From NCBI RefSeq assembly GCF_006345805.1, contig NC_043014.1, forward strand, positions 23,374,001 through 23,438,000: DNA of 64,000 nt, in the 5' to 3' direction. The notes beneath the pieces were generated by a model. That model worked only from the letters and a program-made list of their open reading frames with translations, searched no databases and was not told where the DNA came from. Both the position numbers and the translations under genes were made by a program. The stretch is from Octopus sinensis (Eukaryota). Of this stretch, positions 51,909 to 64,000 are shown piece after piece; positions within the stretch are counted from its first letter, which is position 1; each line of letters opens with the position of its first letter.

Positions 51909-53207
51909 GTAAGTTCTATTCCTAGCCCCTTCTATTCCTGGCCCCTTCTTATTTATTCACTTAACGTAAGCCTTGATTTGTGTTTGAGATGTGAACTAAT
52001 TAATCTTAAACAAAAGTATTTAATATATGCCATGCATCTAGACTTCCACTCTGCACCCTATACAATAAACCACTACGTGTCAGAATGTATAGCATGGTCT
52101 GTAACCAGATGGAGGTATATCAGTTGTTCAGCCAACTATCTGTCATAAGCTGACTTGCAAAATCTGGCAAGTTTGCTCAATCAAGCCCGACCTGGAGCAT
52201 CACTACAACACTTAAACATACATACACTGCATCAATATACCCTGTCTCTTTTGCACACACATAACACATGGATCAATGCATCCTGATCACACATACACCA
52301 ATACACTAATACATTGCGGAAACACACTCTCTTATCGTTATATTGTTGACAATGAAGCTGGGTAATGTGAAATGCTGTTGTTAGGTTGACCTATAACTAC
52401 ACAACTCGACAATTTACTTTGCTCAACTTCATTATCACAACTACAGTCTATAGACTGCACAGTGGAGAGGGTACAGGACACTGTGATTCCTACCTAGTCA
52501 TTTCAACTGATTTTTCAATGTATCTTAAGTCTATTCAGTCAGAACTGGCATGATACTACACAAAAGCAATAGTTAATCCATTCATTCCTTGAGGTTTGTG
52601 TTTAATTCTGGTTTTTATTACAGCAAGATGAACGGGAAATAGAAAGAAAAAGACAGATTTTTTTTTCTTCCCAATATCACAAGTAACTTTCCAAGAAAAG
52701 CATGATAAATATGACTAATAAGCTATGTTGAAACAAGGTGATGTATAAATACAATCTAATTGTCTTGTCTTGCCAATGACATAGCAAAATATCTTTTTTA
52801 GTAATTTTATTAATTTCACTCAATTGTGTGTGACCATACTGGGGTACCACTACATGTTGAGAGCCTCAATGCAGTTGCTTCACCTGTTGAATTACCTTCA
52901 AATCACATCTGTCTTTAAAATAGGGAAGAATCACATCAGACATTGCAGGCCTAGATATATTAGAGCAGAAAAATTAGATAATCATAGCTGAAGCGTCTTT
53001 GTTCAAGACTGTCTTGGAGTTAAATCAGAGGTGAATTTATAATCTACTTGGTTAAAATTTCAGTATATACTATACTCACTGTGTATTTCTTCAAGCAAAA
53101 ACAAAGCATTCTCTTAAATATCGTTACTCAAAACAACAGTGTCCATTAATTTAGTTCTGGTGAAAGGAGAGCACAGTTTCAACGTGTCATTTGTTTCTCT
53201 ATTTCAG

Positions 53208-53366
53208 ATACATCTATTGTTATAAAGTCTGCTGACCTCTCATCATCTGGATTGTACCAGTGTATGGTGCACAACATTCTTGGCGCCCTGTATGCTGTGA
53301 TTCAATTGGAGGTAAAACCTATGGAGAACAAGAAAGACAAGAACAATACACAGATTCCAATAAAAG
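53208..53366 (+). CDS. Exon F, second half of the third Ig domain plus start of a linker
   Basis: Acceptor ttgtttctctatttcag, donor gtatgt at 53367. Encodes (D)TSIVIKSADLSSSGLYQCMVHNILGALYAVIQLEVKPMENKKDKNNTQIPIK. The hydrophilic linker after this domain fits the 4-Ig + FN3 layout of Ihog/BOC. Confidence 0.9.
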
Positions 53367-54484
53367 GTATGTGTGTGTGTATGTGTAATGGCAACATGAA
53401 GAAACACAAGCCCCAGAAATCTCAGTGGAGGTAACATGTCTATAAAAGCAGTTACTCTAATTAGTAACTGATTCAGTGGAGAAGGAATGTTCTGTTAGAC
53501 AACCTCTATCGTGTGGGTGGTTAGATAAAATGAACTAAAGTTGTTTGTAACAGGAAATACATGCAGCTGTTAATAAAAATATGCCAAATGTTTAATGATC
53601 AAATCAATGCAAAAATCCTGTGTACACAGAGCTACCAGTTACTATTGTCACTGGATAGATTGCTGTGGCTCATGTTGAGCTGGTCAATGAAAATATATTT
53701 CATTGGCTGCATGAATAACTGAAGCAAGTTCATAAAAATTTAACTGAAATATTTAATACTGGACACAAAGATATATGGTGTTGGCTATTTACAATGAACA
53801 ATATTAATAATTGCTGACTGAGAGAGAGAGAGAGAGAAGAGCTGTTCTGAAATAATAGAAAGCTATCTGTGTGACAACATGCAGTCAGTCCAAAAATGCA
53901 TGTGCGAATCTTAGAGGCAGTCTGGTGTCAGCAGTCCATTGGCCATCTGCCCTCTAAGCTATGTGCCAAATAGTTTTTATAGGAAACCAGAAGGTAAATT
54001 TTAAAACATTCAGGAAAACCATATCATGTCACAGCCTCATGCTGATTGATTGATTTATAGACCAATCACATGAAACAGTAGTAGTCCACTTGTGGTGTCT
54101 GACTGAGTATCTAGAGGTGATGTTTTGAATCACCACTATATGTAGTCTCCTCCCAGTTATTTATATGAAAGTGAAAAGAACAAAATAATAAAATAGAGAA
54201 TTTACTTATGAATACATGCCAACACAAGTGCAAAAAAGAACAAGAAAAAGAAAAACATAACATGCATTGAATACAGGATAAACGCTAAAAGAAAGTCTAT
54301 GTAACAATGATAAGTTCATAAGATATGTAAAGTTCTGCAGTTTTTTTTCTGAAGGGACAGGAGTGGGGCTGTAAAAAAAAAGAAGTCTCTGCATTAGAAG
54401 TAATTGAAGAGGAAATATCCATAATGCCATGTAAAGTTGCTATTTTTTTAAAACACAAATTACTTTGAATCACTTAAATGAAAA

Positions 54485-55950
54485 TACAGGGTGCACCGTA
54501 AAGAATTTCCAATTATATAATTTTATTTTATTAAATTTAGTTTGAAATTGCACAAAAATAATTAAAATGCACTCTTCAATATTCAGTTGTTCATGTACAC
54601 TCCATTGTTTCTTTACATTTGGTGAGTAAAATGTTTCAATATGGCAGTTAACAAGCAAAGTGAGATTGTAGCTCTAAAAAAAGGAGGACATAGTCACAAA
54701 GATGTAACTTCAAGGTGTTAATCTCAAAACAGTCTATAATGTCATGAAATGCTACAGTGAGATAGGTTCTCAATATCTTTCAGACAACCATGCATCAGGT
54801 CGTGCATGAATACTTAAATTATAAGTCATTAAAATTGCAATGTCGACATTTGATTTCAGTCACTTCCAAAGCAAAATGATTGAACAGGTGTAAGAAAATG
54901 GCAGAGCATCGGTGACAATGATATTCACTGTGGAGACTATAGTGAACACCCAGAATGACAAGATTTTGGCCACAAGGTCAGATGTGGTTCCCAAAGGTGT
55001 CCATAAAGCGTCTCACCAAATGAAACCTGCCAGAGTGATGGTTTGGGCAGCAGTGTCATCTGATGGTAGAAAATCTCCTCTGGCATTCATTAACCCTTTA
55101 GTGTTCTGATTATTCTGTCAAATGTGATGTTTGTTTATTTAAAATGGTTTGAATTAATCATGCATTATCTTGTAGTTTAGAGATTTCAGTGATGTGATTT
55201 TTTAGTTTTAGAACGTCATGGTAGGGCTGAGGTGAGAGGTGAGATCTGGCCAGTTTCAATATAAAACAGGTTAAATATTTTGGCCAGATATGGCCGGTTT
55301 GAATGCTAAAGGGTTAAAGAGGAGACAAAAGTCAATTTAGCAGTTTATATGAAAATGTTGGATGATAATATTTTGCCATGGGTGACTGAAGCATTTGGAG
55401 ATAATTACGTGTTCATGCAAGATGGCACTCCTCATACATCCAATTTGATACAGCTATAGTGCAGGAGCCATTTCAGTAGGTTCTGGGACAAGAATGTGTG
55501 ACTCTGCTCCAGCCTAGACATCAATCCTATGGACTTCACTATTTGGTCCATTCTAGAAAGTGATGTTTCAAGAGTTTTCTACAAAAATATCACTGCTCTG
55601 AAGAAAGCCTTAGTCATGTCATGGAATCAGTTAACATGTTACTAGTATTATAACATCACAGCTTAAAGAGGTAGGGGTTGTGGTAGTAAAAGCTGTGAGC
55701 TGTGGCATCTTCCCCCTTTCACTCACTGTTGTAGGTAGTGGTGACGAGTTGTGATGAGTTTGATCACTATTGCTGTGGCTTTTACTGGTGTTTCTTGAAT
55801 TGAACATCACTATATGTTGTGAAGAAGTCGTCCAGCATTCCTGCGACGCTATTCTTGGTCATCTTCAGGCAGTTGTGGAAGTGAAAGGCAGACATATTGA
55901 ATGAAACATATCTTAACACCATACTTTGTATATATGACCATATTTAATTA
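54485..55950 (+). mobile_element. maT (DD37D-like) transposon relic
   Basis: Left end ta|cagggtgc. VMVWAAVSSDGRKSPLAFI-KEETKVNLAVY...FMQDGTPHTS...SSLDINPMDFTIWSILE. Confidence 0.85.
55090..55317. mobile_element. piggyBac-type MITE nested in the maT transposase
   Basis: TTAA|ccctttagtgttc ... gaatgctaaaggg|TTAA. Removing it with one TTAA restores the host frame (AFI-KEE). Confidence 0.85.
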
Positions 55951-55989
55951 AATTTTAAAGAATTTATATGTTTTAATGCCGTTTTACAA

Positions 55990-58900
55990 CATGACAGCGA
56001 CAGTGATCATTGCATATGTACTACAATCAGGAATACCTGATGAACAAAAAGATTGTCTCTGTGAAACCCTCATGAGTATCACAATAGCAACCTCATTATC
56101 ATAATTAGTGACTTAATGGACCTGGTAAACAACCCCATGATGGCTATTCCAATGTATAGGGAAGCTATGGTTATACTACATGGATTGAAAAGGAATCAAG
56201 GTTCTTGGAGTTCTGCAATGCAAATTACCTAACCATATGCAAACTAGATAGACTTGATACTTGTCATGAAATGGAATGAGCACATGTTTCCCTTGTGAAG
56301 AATGATTCACTCAATATTGACTAGTGATTAGTAATTTGAACATAAGAGTTAAATGGACCCAGAGTTATAAAACAGTCTGGAGCAGGAAGGTATGCAACCT
56401 TAAAGATCTCTCAGCCTGGTATTGGTTCAAAGAATTATTATATGAAGTATATGTTGAGGAGACAAAGGAGGATATAGGGATGTATGACTAAGACAACTGG
56501 ATCTTCCTACAAGACATCTTAATGCAGACCACAGACCAAATCTGTAGGTGGTAAAAAGTTAATGGTGGTTGAATGGTATATATAGAGCCGTAAAAGGTAG
56601 GTCTGGAGAGATTGTAGAGCTGCTTGAACGGAGACGTGTGGATTTATGCTGCATCCAGGAAGTAAGGTGGAGAGGAGGTTCCGCTAGGCTCCTCACAGGC
56701 AAGGAACACAGGTACAAGATTTTCTGGGCAGGGGACACTGACGGGGTCGGGGGCATGGGTATACTTCTTGCGGAGAAATGGGTAGATAAGGTAATCGAGG
56801 TAGTCAGAGTAAGTGACAGAGTACTTAAAATTAGATTAGTGCTTCACCATAGGTCAGCTACCATCATCTCGGCATATGCCCCTCAACCAGGGCTACCGGA
56901 AGGACAGAAAGACCAATTATACGACACCCTATTGCGGACTACCTCGTTGACAAATGACAGTGACCTTCTCTTTGTGGCAGGTGATTTCAATGCACATGTT
57001 GGACGGCATGTCGGGGGCTTCCATGGCGTTCATGGAGGCTACAGTTTTGACTCTCGTAATGAGGAGGGAACCAGGCTGCTGGAGTTCTGCGATGCAAATG
57101 ACCTTATGGTCTGCAATACCAACTTCAGGAAACCTAACTCTCACCTAGTCACCTACCGTTCTGGCAGACACACTAGCCAGATTGACTACATCCTTGCCAG
57201 AAAAAGGGAAAGAGGGCTGCTTATAAATGCCAAAACCTTTCCAGGCGAAGAATGTACTCCTCAACATAGATTAGTAGTTAGCGACTTCAGGATCAGAGCT
57301 AAATAGTTGCCCAGAAGAAGACCAGCTTGGAGGAGAAGGGTCTGGAAGCTTAAAGAGCCTGCAAATAGACAGAGATTTAGAGACATACTACTCGAAGCCT
57401 TTGACGAAATAGAAGGGGATATAGCTTCACTTAATGTGGAAGACAACTGGAGATTTCTACGGGACAATCTGCTGACAGCCACTGACCAGATCTGTGGATG
57501 GAGCAAAGTACCATCTCGACCCAGAGTAACGTGGTGGTGGAACACTGTGGTTGACAGGGCTATTAGACAAAAGAGACAGGCTTGGAAGGACTGGAAGAAC
57601 GGTGGTAGCAGGGAATTGTATCAGACTGCCAAAAGGGAAGCTAGGAGACAGGTTTATTTAGCCAGAGGGGAAGCAGATAAGAAAAAATTTGCCAATGTTC
57701 TGAGCCGTGAGGATGAAAGACTTGAGGTATTTCGTGTTGCAAGACAGTGTGTGAGAGAGAATCGTGATGTGGTAGGAGAGAAATGTGTCCGCATGGATGA
57801 TGGATCACTTGCGCTAAATGAGGATGCAAAGAGAGAGGTTTGGAGATGCCACTATGAAAGGTTGCTGAATAAAGAAAATGAATGGGATAAAGGGAGTCTG
57901 CCGAATGTCAACCCAACAGAGGGACCAGCCATCCGAGTTGACAATTCTTTGGTAGTTAAAGCAATTAGAAGCATGAAGACAGGGAAAGCCCCAGGCCCAT
58001 CAGGAATTACTGCAGAGATGCTCAAAATATCTGGCAGTGTCGGCTATAACCTAGTCACCTGTATAGTCAACCAGGTGATACACGAAGGAGTCATACCCAA
58101 TGACTGGTGTAGCAGCATACTAGTCAACTGCTACAAAGGTAAAGGTGACGCCCTAGATACAAATAATTACAGAGGTATCAAGCTGTTGGATCAGGTAATG
58201 AAGGTTACGGAGAGGGTCATAGCCCAACTAATTAGAGAGAGAGTTAGTTTAGATGAGATGCAGTTTGGGTTCGTGCCAGGGAAAAGTACCACTGATGCTA
58301 TATTCCTGGTAAGGCAGCTACAGGAGAAATACCTAGCCAAAGATAAGCCCTTGTACCTGGCTTTCGTTGACATGGAGAAAGCCTTTGACAGGGTCCCCCG
58401 ATCCCTTATCTGGTGGTCAATGAGGAAACTAGGGATAGATGAATGGCTGGTGAGGGCTGTGCAAGCCATGTACAGGGATGCCGTAAGTAAGGTTAGGGTT
58501 GGCAACATGTACACAGAAGAATTCAAAGTAGAGGTTGGGGTCCACCAGGGTTCAGTACTCAACCCCCTCCTATTTATCATAGTCCTCCAGGCAATTACGG
58601 AGGAATTCAAGACAGGTTGCCCCTGAGAGCTCCTCTATGCTGACGACCTTGCTCTAATTGCTGAGTCACTATCAGAACTGGAGGAGAAGTTCCAGGTGTG
58701 GAAGGAGGGTTTAGAATCGAGGTGCCTTAGAGTCAACCTAGCTAAAACCAAAGTACTAATAAGTAGGAAGGTAGACAATCCACAAATGTCTTCAGGTAGA
58801 TGGCCCTGCTCGATCTGTAGAAAAGGTGTAGGTAGAAACTCTATAAGATGTACCCAGTGTAAGCTATGGACACATAAGAGGTGCAGCAATGTAAAAGGAA

Positions 58901-60680
58901 GGCTAACTGGGAAGATAGTTTTTGTATGTGGCAGATGCTCAGGAGTATTAACCTCTGAAAATCTGCAGAAAACAACTTCCGTCACTTTCCAGGGGGAAAA
59001 ACTAGAAGTAGTTGATAGCTTCCGTTATCTAGGTGACCAAGTCAGTAGTGGGGGTGGGTGCACTGAAAGTGTAACTGCTAGAATAAGAAAAGCCTGGGCA
59101 AAGTTTAGGGAACTCTTACCTCTGCTGGTGACTAAAGGCAGACTGTATGATGCATGTGTACGAACAGCCATGCTACATGGCAGTGAAACATAGGCCGTGA
59201 CTGCTGAGGACATGCATAAGCTCGCGAGGAATGAAGCCAGTATGCTCTGATGGATGTGTAATGTCAGACCTAAGAAGCATCAGTTGTGGTGTGCAAGAAA
59301 GACGATTGCGCTGGTATGGTTGCCAGCCTCGCCTGGCACCTGTGCGAGTGGCACGTAAAAAGCACCCACTACACTCACAGAGTGGTTGGCGTTAGGAAGG
59401 GCATCCAGCTGTAGAAACATTGCCAGATAAGACAGATCCCCGGTTGAACCGTCTAACCCATGCTAGCATGGAGAACGGACGTTAAACGATGATGATGATA
59501 AAAGCTAAGAGGCAAGCTCAGAGTGAATGAAACAAGGAAAGGAGCAAAGCTAGATGTCTAGAATACTTAGCAAATAGAGAAACTGAATGTAAGATGTTTG
59601 CCAGTTTTCTTTGAGCTGAAGATCTAGATTGCAAAGCAGTGTGTCACTATAAATTAAGATGGTATCTTTGAGAAAAGTGCATCAAATGATAGCAGTGCAC
59701 CTGCTCTCTTTGACAGTGAGAAGAGACATGGAAAGGTTGCTACGAGAGTTTACTGAATCAGGAGAAAGTCTGAGAGAGACCAAGACAGGAACTACACTGT
59801 GGAAAGAAGACACAACTGCTTTTGAAATTGATAATAATATAGTAAAAATGATTTTTAAGGATATAAAGGTACATATTACTCACATTAACAATCAAGTAGT
59901 ACCAAAAGGGGTAATTTCTAGTAACTGATGTATATCATCATTGAGTTGAGGGCAAAGAAATGCTTTAGAAAGAAGCAAGTACACAGACATCAGACTGATG
60001 GGCCAAATTATGAAAGTAACAGAAAGAGTTACAGCACAACTAATTAGGAAGAAAATTAACTGAGATGTGATTCAGTTGGGGTTGGTGCCAGGGCAGGGTA
60101 CTACTGATGCCCTCTTTTTTGAGAAACAAGCACTTAGCTTAAGAGATACCTGCTGTACCTTGCATTAATTGACCTGGAAAAAGACCTTGACAAAGTCTTT
60201 TGCTCAGTGATCTGGTGGTCATTGAAGAAGTTAGGAATAGAGGAATGGCTCATGAAAACCATACAATCCATGTACATGGTTGCTATCAGCTAGGTATGTC
60301 ATTAGCAATGAGTACAGTGATAAATTTAGTGAGCAGTTGGGAATCTACCAGGGCTCACTGCTCAGTCCCTTCTATTACCATAGTCTTCCAGACTTTTGTA
60401 CTGCAGTTCAAGAATAGATGCCCATAGAAACTCCTATATGGAGATCATCTCATTCTTATAGCCAAATCTGTAACAGGATGTACAAGAGAGAAGACTGCAT
60501 TGGTGACATATATGGATTATAAAAGAGCTAATGACTTAAAGTAAATGGAAACTGTAGTAGAGGTAGTCCCTAGAAAACATGTGATGTGGTGGTGAAGGCT
60601 GACCTCAGGATGTTGAACCTCATGGAAACAATAACAAAAACTGAAACGATTGGTGATACATTATCCTTGAGAAGACCTAC
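55990..60680 (+). mobile_element. Old RTE LINE acting as host (55990-56590 and 59505-60680)
   Basis: Degenerate LEFCNAN, DQIC.W, GQGTTDA and ELLY motifs on both sides of the younger insertion. Confidence 0.8.
56591..59498 (+). mobile_element. Young near-complete RTE LINE (AP endonuclease + RT with PHD insert), 5'-truncated, with in-frame stops
   Basis: One reading frame from 56569 to ~59270 broken only by stops at 57304, 58624, 59191 and 59248. Motifs QEVRW, GDFN, YRGIKLL, FVDMEKAFDRV, GVHQGSVL, LLYADDL and FRYLG. (GAT)n tail and TSD taaaag. Confidence 0.95.
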
Positions 60681-60719
60681 TCAAGTTATGCTGGCATAGC
60701 ATTGCTGAAGTTCTCAAAG

Positions 60720-61300
60720 CATACAAGGTGTTTGGGATAAATGTGACAGTTTGCCTAAAAGATAAAGAAAATAATATCCCATCCAAAAATAAATCCAAAA
60801 ATCAAAAAATATCAATTAGATTATGGCTGGGAGATAACAGTTTATTCAGAGTAGCCACCTCAGCTTCAAGACAGCTCCAAAATATGGTGCATGCATTCCT
60901 CACTGTGTCCCTAAGAAGATTTTGAAATTCCTCCTTGATCTTGGCCACCAGCCTGGCCTTGGTGTTGCTGACAGAATGGTTGATGTCTTTCTGAACTGTG
61001 CCCCACACAGTAATCCATGGGGTGACAATCAGAGGAATTAGGAGGCTAGAAATTGGTGTTGATGAAATCTTAGAAATTCTCTGACAAGCACTTCTGTCTC
61101 TTTCTGGAAGTATGGCAAAGAGGTGAATCCTGCTGCCACATGTATGGCCTTCTATTAGCAACTTTTCCAGCCAGGGTTTGACCACAGTCTCTAGCAGTTT
61201 CACATAGCCGCCTGAGTTGAGCCTAAGGCCCATTTCAATGACATGGGGCAGCATGATGCCACCCTAACTGGAGTCACACCCAAAGACCATCATCTTCCTG
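60720..61300 (-). mobile_element. Second maT (DD37D-like) transposase fragment
   Basis: LRLNSGGYVKLLETVVKPWL, WQQDSPLCHTS and PPNSSDCHPMDY motifs. Confidence 0.75.
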
Positions 61301-62194
61301 CTGACCACAGCTTCATAGTCTCCATTGCAGCTTTGTCATCTCTTGCAGTCTTTACAATGATCACAGAGAATTGAGCAGCAGTCATTGATATTGGCATTTT
61401 GATACCTTCCATGAAGATATAGGTAGCTCCTTTCCAATATTCAGATAGCTTCAAGTTCTCCATCTTAACTAACTTTTCCTCATCTATACAACTTTAATGA
61501 TCATGCTCTCCAATGCTGTTAACTGTTCACTAACACATCAAGCTGCATGGGAAAAAAAGGAGACATAAAAATAGCCAAATTTAACAGAAACACCCTGTAT
61601 TGCATATGCACACAACTAGATCCATCAATATCCTTGCAAGTTTACAACTGCTACTTTTTCTGCACCCAAACAACTGGGTCTTTCCCTGAGTCATTTCCTT
61701 TTGACATCTGTCCCTTATTCCCCATCCAGTTTTATATACAGCTCTCATTCCAGTCTGATTTGGCATACAGCCGGATACCCTTCCTAATGCCAACCACTTT
61801 ACATAGTGTGCTGGGTGCTTTAACATGGTACTTCCACGAGTGCTTTTTACATGGCACCAGTACAGGACTCACTACTTAACACTTCTACTGCAGAGTGTGG
61901 GTCTTCTTGAGATACATATTTATTAAGTATAAACTTTATTCCCAACTGAATCTCATAACTCTTTACTAAAATTTCTCATCTCTGAACATCAGCTAAATAA
62001 CATAATAATAAATATTCCATTGGTGACTATATTGAGAGACAGCATGATGGAAATAAACAAAAGTGGCTTTACAATATACTCTCTGTCATCATTTGTTGAG
62101 GTTGTTATCAGTTTTTTGGGGTTTTTTTATTGGTGAATGCGAGTCAAGCTGTATTTATTTCAAGACCCTGTCTTTAATGACATGAGTAAATACA

Positions 62195-62620
62195 TATAAT
62201 TGAGTCAAGTACATCAACATCAAAATAAAAATCAAATGGAAATTGTAGTGATACACGTGCCAGTGGTACATAAAAAGCACCATCCGAACGTGGCCAATGC
62301 CAGTGCCGCCTTGACTGGCTTCCATGTCAGTGGCATGTAAAAAGCACCATCTGAACATGGCCGATGCCAGCGCCACCTTGACTGGCTTCCTTGCCAGTGG
62401 CACGTAAAAAGCACCAACCAGTCGTGGCTGCTGGCACGTAAAAAGCACCAACCAGTCGTGGCTGCTGGCACGTAAAAAGCACCCACTACACTCACGGAGT
62501 GGTTGGCGTTAGGAAGGGCATCCAGCTGTAGAAACACTGCCAGATCAGACTGAAGCCTGGTGCAGCCTCCTGACTTTCCAGGCCCCGGGCAAATGGACAT
62601 TAAATGATGATGATGCTGAT
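62195..62620 (+). mobile_element. RTE-derived 3' UTR tail with five tandem TGGCACGTAAAAAGCACC units
   Basis: Repeats at 62258-62484, followed by the common tail and (GAT)n. Confidence 0.8.
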
Positions 62621-63106
62621 GATATAAACATTTGTTTTGAAGATGCTGAACACACATTTGTGTGTGTGTTACATATGTATGTGATGTAAGCATGTACGTA
62701 TGTATTGTAGGTGCACCCATGTTGTCTATTTTTGTACTAACTATCCCACAGTCGTATCATGCCATGTTATTTTATAATCATTTTTCTAGAATGAGAAGTA
62801 TTTTGATGATATATTTTCAGTCAATATTTTTAACTTTCTTTTTGTTTTTTCTAAGATAAAAAGAAAAAACAAACACCAAATGTAAATAAACCAAAATCAC
62901 ACAGGAAAAATAAGAATGGAAGATGGAAAGGCAGGCCCAAAACAAACAAAAGAAAAAACAGAAACCGAAAGAAAAATTCTAGAGGCAAATCTAAAAACAG
63001 TAAGACATTTCTTCTAAATTACTAACCATTAATTTGGAAAATCTAACGTTCTTGGTACAAATCCAGTCCAGAAATAAGCTGATCAATGATCAAACTGATC
63101 TAAATG

Positions 63107-63976
63107 TATTGTGTTGAGTCAAAAGTTTTGCAATATTTTGGCAATTTATTTACTTTATTCATCAAGTTAAACAAAAGCAACCTAGAATTCAAAGTAGAGG
63201 TCATCAAATTGCACAGTCTGAATCCACCTTTCTGCCAGTTCTTTGATTCCACACTGACACCAGTTCTTGATCTTTGAGGCAGAGAATTCCTTCATTGAAG
63301 TTTCCGCCTCTTCTTGGTTGATGAAGCATTGTGAGCACAGGAAGTGAACCATGGAATGGAACAAATAATAATTCAAGGGAACTAGGTCCCGTCTATATGC
63401 TGGGTGTGGCATCAGTTTGATTCCCTCAAGTTCCTGAAGTTTATTCCACATCATTTGAGTGGTGTGAGGTCCTATGTTGTCTTGCTGGAGAAAAGCTCAT
63501 TTTCTGTTGGTACTTTTGCCACACAATGTCATACATCTGCTCCAGCAGTTTGGACTACAGGTTGGTATCAATGATTCAAGTCCAGAATGAGCTCTTAGTG
63601 AATTATCACCAGAAGCAGTGCATCACCCTGTGTTCAAAATCCTGTTGCGTAGTGACACATTCTGGAAGCTGACTTTGCTTGACCACTGCATATGCATGTT
63701 AGGATTGCAGAAAAATATCTCCCTCCGATTATTACTTGTTCCAATCCATGGCTCATTTCCTGCACTAGTGACATTTCATCAATCAAGAAGTGGAAGCTTC
63801 AGTGAAGGAGTTCTTAGCTGTGAAAGAAAAGAAATGTTATCAGCGTAGGATCAAAAATGTGGCTTCAAACAGTGCAACATGAAGCTACTTTGAATGTCAA
63901 GCTGCTTTTGTTGTAACTTTATGAATAAAACAAACAAGTTACCAAAATACTGCAAAATTTTTAACTCAAAACAATA
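63107..63976 (-). mobile_element. Internally deleted mariner with both TIRs and TA TSD
   Basis: TA|ttgtgttgagtcaaaagttttgcaatattttgg ... ccaaaatactgcaaaatttttaactcaaaacaa|TA. Protein motifs LQQDNIGPH and PHPAYRRDLVPLNYYLF. Confidence 0.9.
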
Positions 63977-64000
63977 TTAATTTCTCACATAAGCACAAGG

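Noticed and set aside
62258-62484. Repeat-spacer pattern resembling a CRISPR array
   Set aside because: The spacers are themselves repeated, the array is part of an RTE 3' UTR, the context is eukaryotic, and there are no cas genes.

Overview
AT-rich, repeat-dense eukaryotic DNA. The SINE/LINE repertoire and (TA)n/(CA)n density suggest an octopus (coleoid cephalopod) genome; this is inference. Six GT-AG exons on the + strand (3739-3894, 47691-47840, 48725-48904, 50432-50542, 51759-51908, 53208-53366; all phase-1 introns) splice into three consecutive Ig domains that best resemble Ig2-Ig4 of the Ihog/BOC/CDON Hedgehog co-receptor family. The gene starts and ends outside the window and has a 43.8-kb intron in the middle of an Ig domain. 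The rest is decayed mobile DNA: RTE, CR1, Tx1/L1 and R4/Dong LINEs, two Penelope-like element (PLE) relics, mariner/maT/rosa transposons, piggyBac- and hAT-type MITEs, and tRNA-derived SINEs. The main unexplained signal is a set of unrelated minimal type-I hammerhead ribozyme motifs with palindromic helix III. One sits in a ~457-bp, 1.45-unit tandem repeat inserted in a (TA)n tract, with its 5' end next to the predicted cleavage site (retrozyme-like). One sits in an inverted-repeat/TSD-bounded composite carrying a Tx1 RT fragment. A head-to-head pair lies at 15.6-15.9 kb. Intact cores are all antisense to the host gene and sense copies are broken. Also notable are a PHD finger inserted inside the RTE reverse transcriptase, a stop codon at the same Trp codon in all four RTE copies covering it, and an in-frame duplicated splice donor. 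All calls are by eye, and repeat boundaries are approximate.
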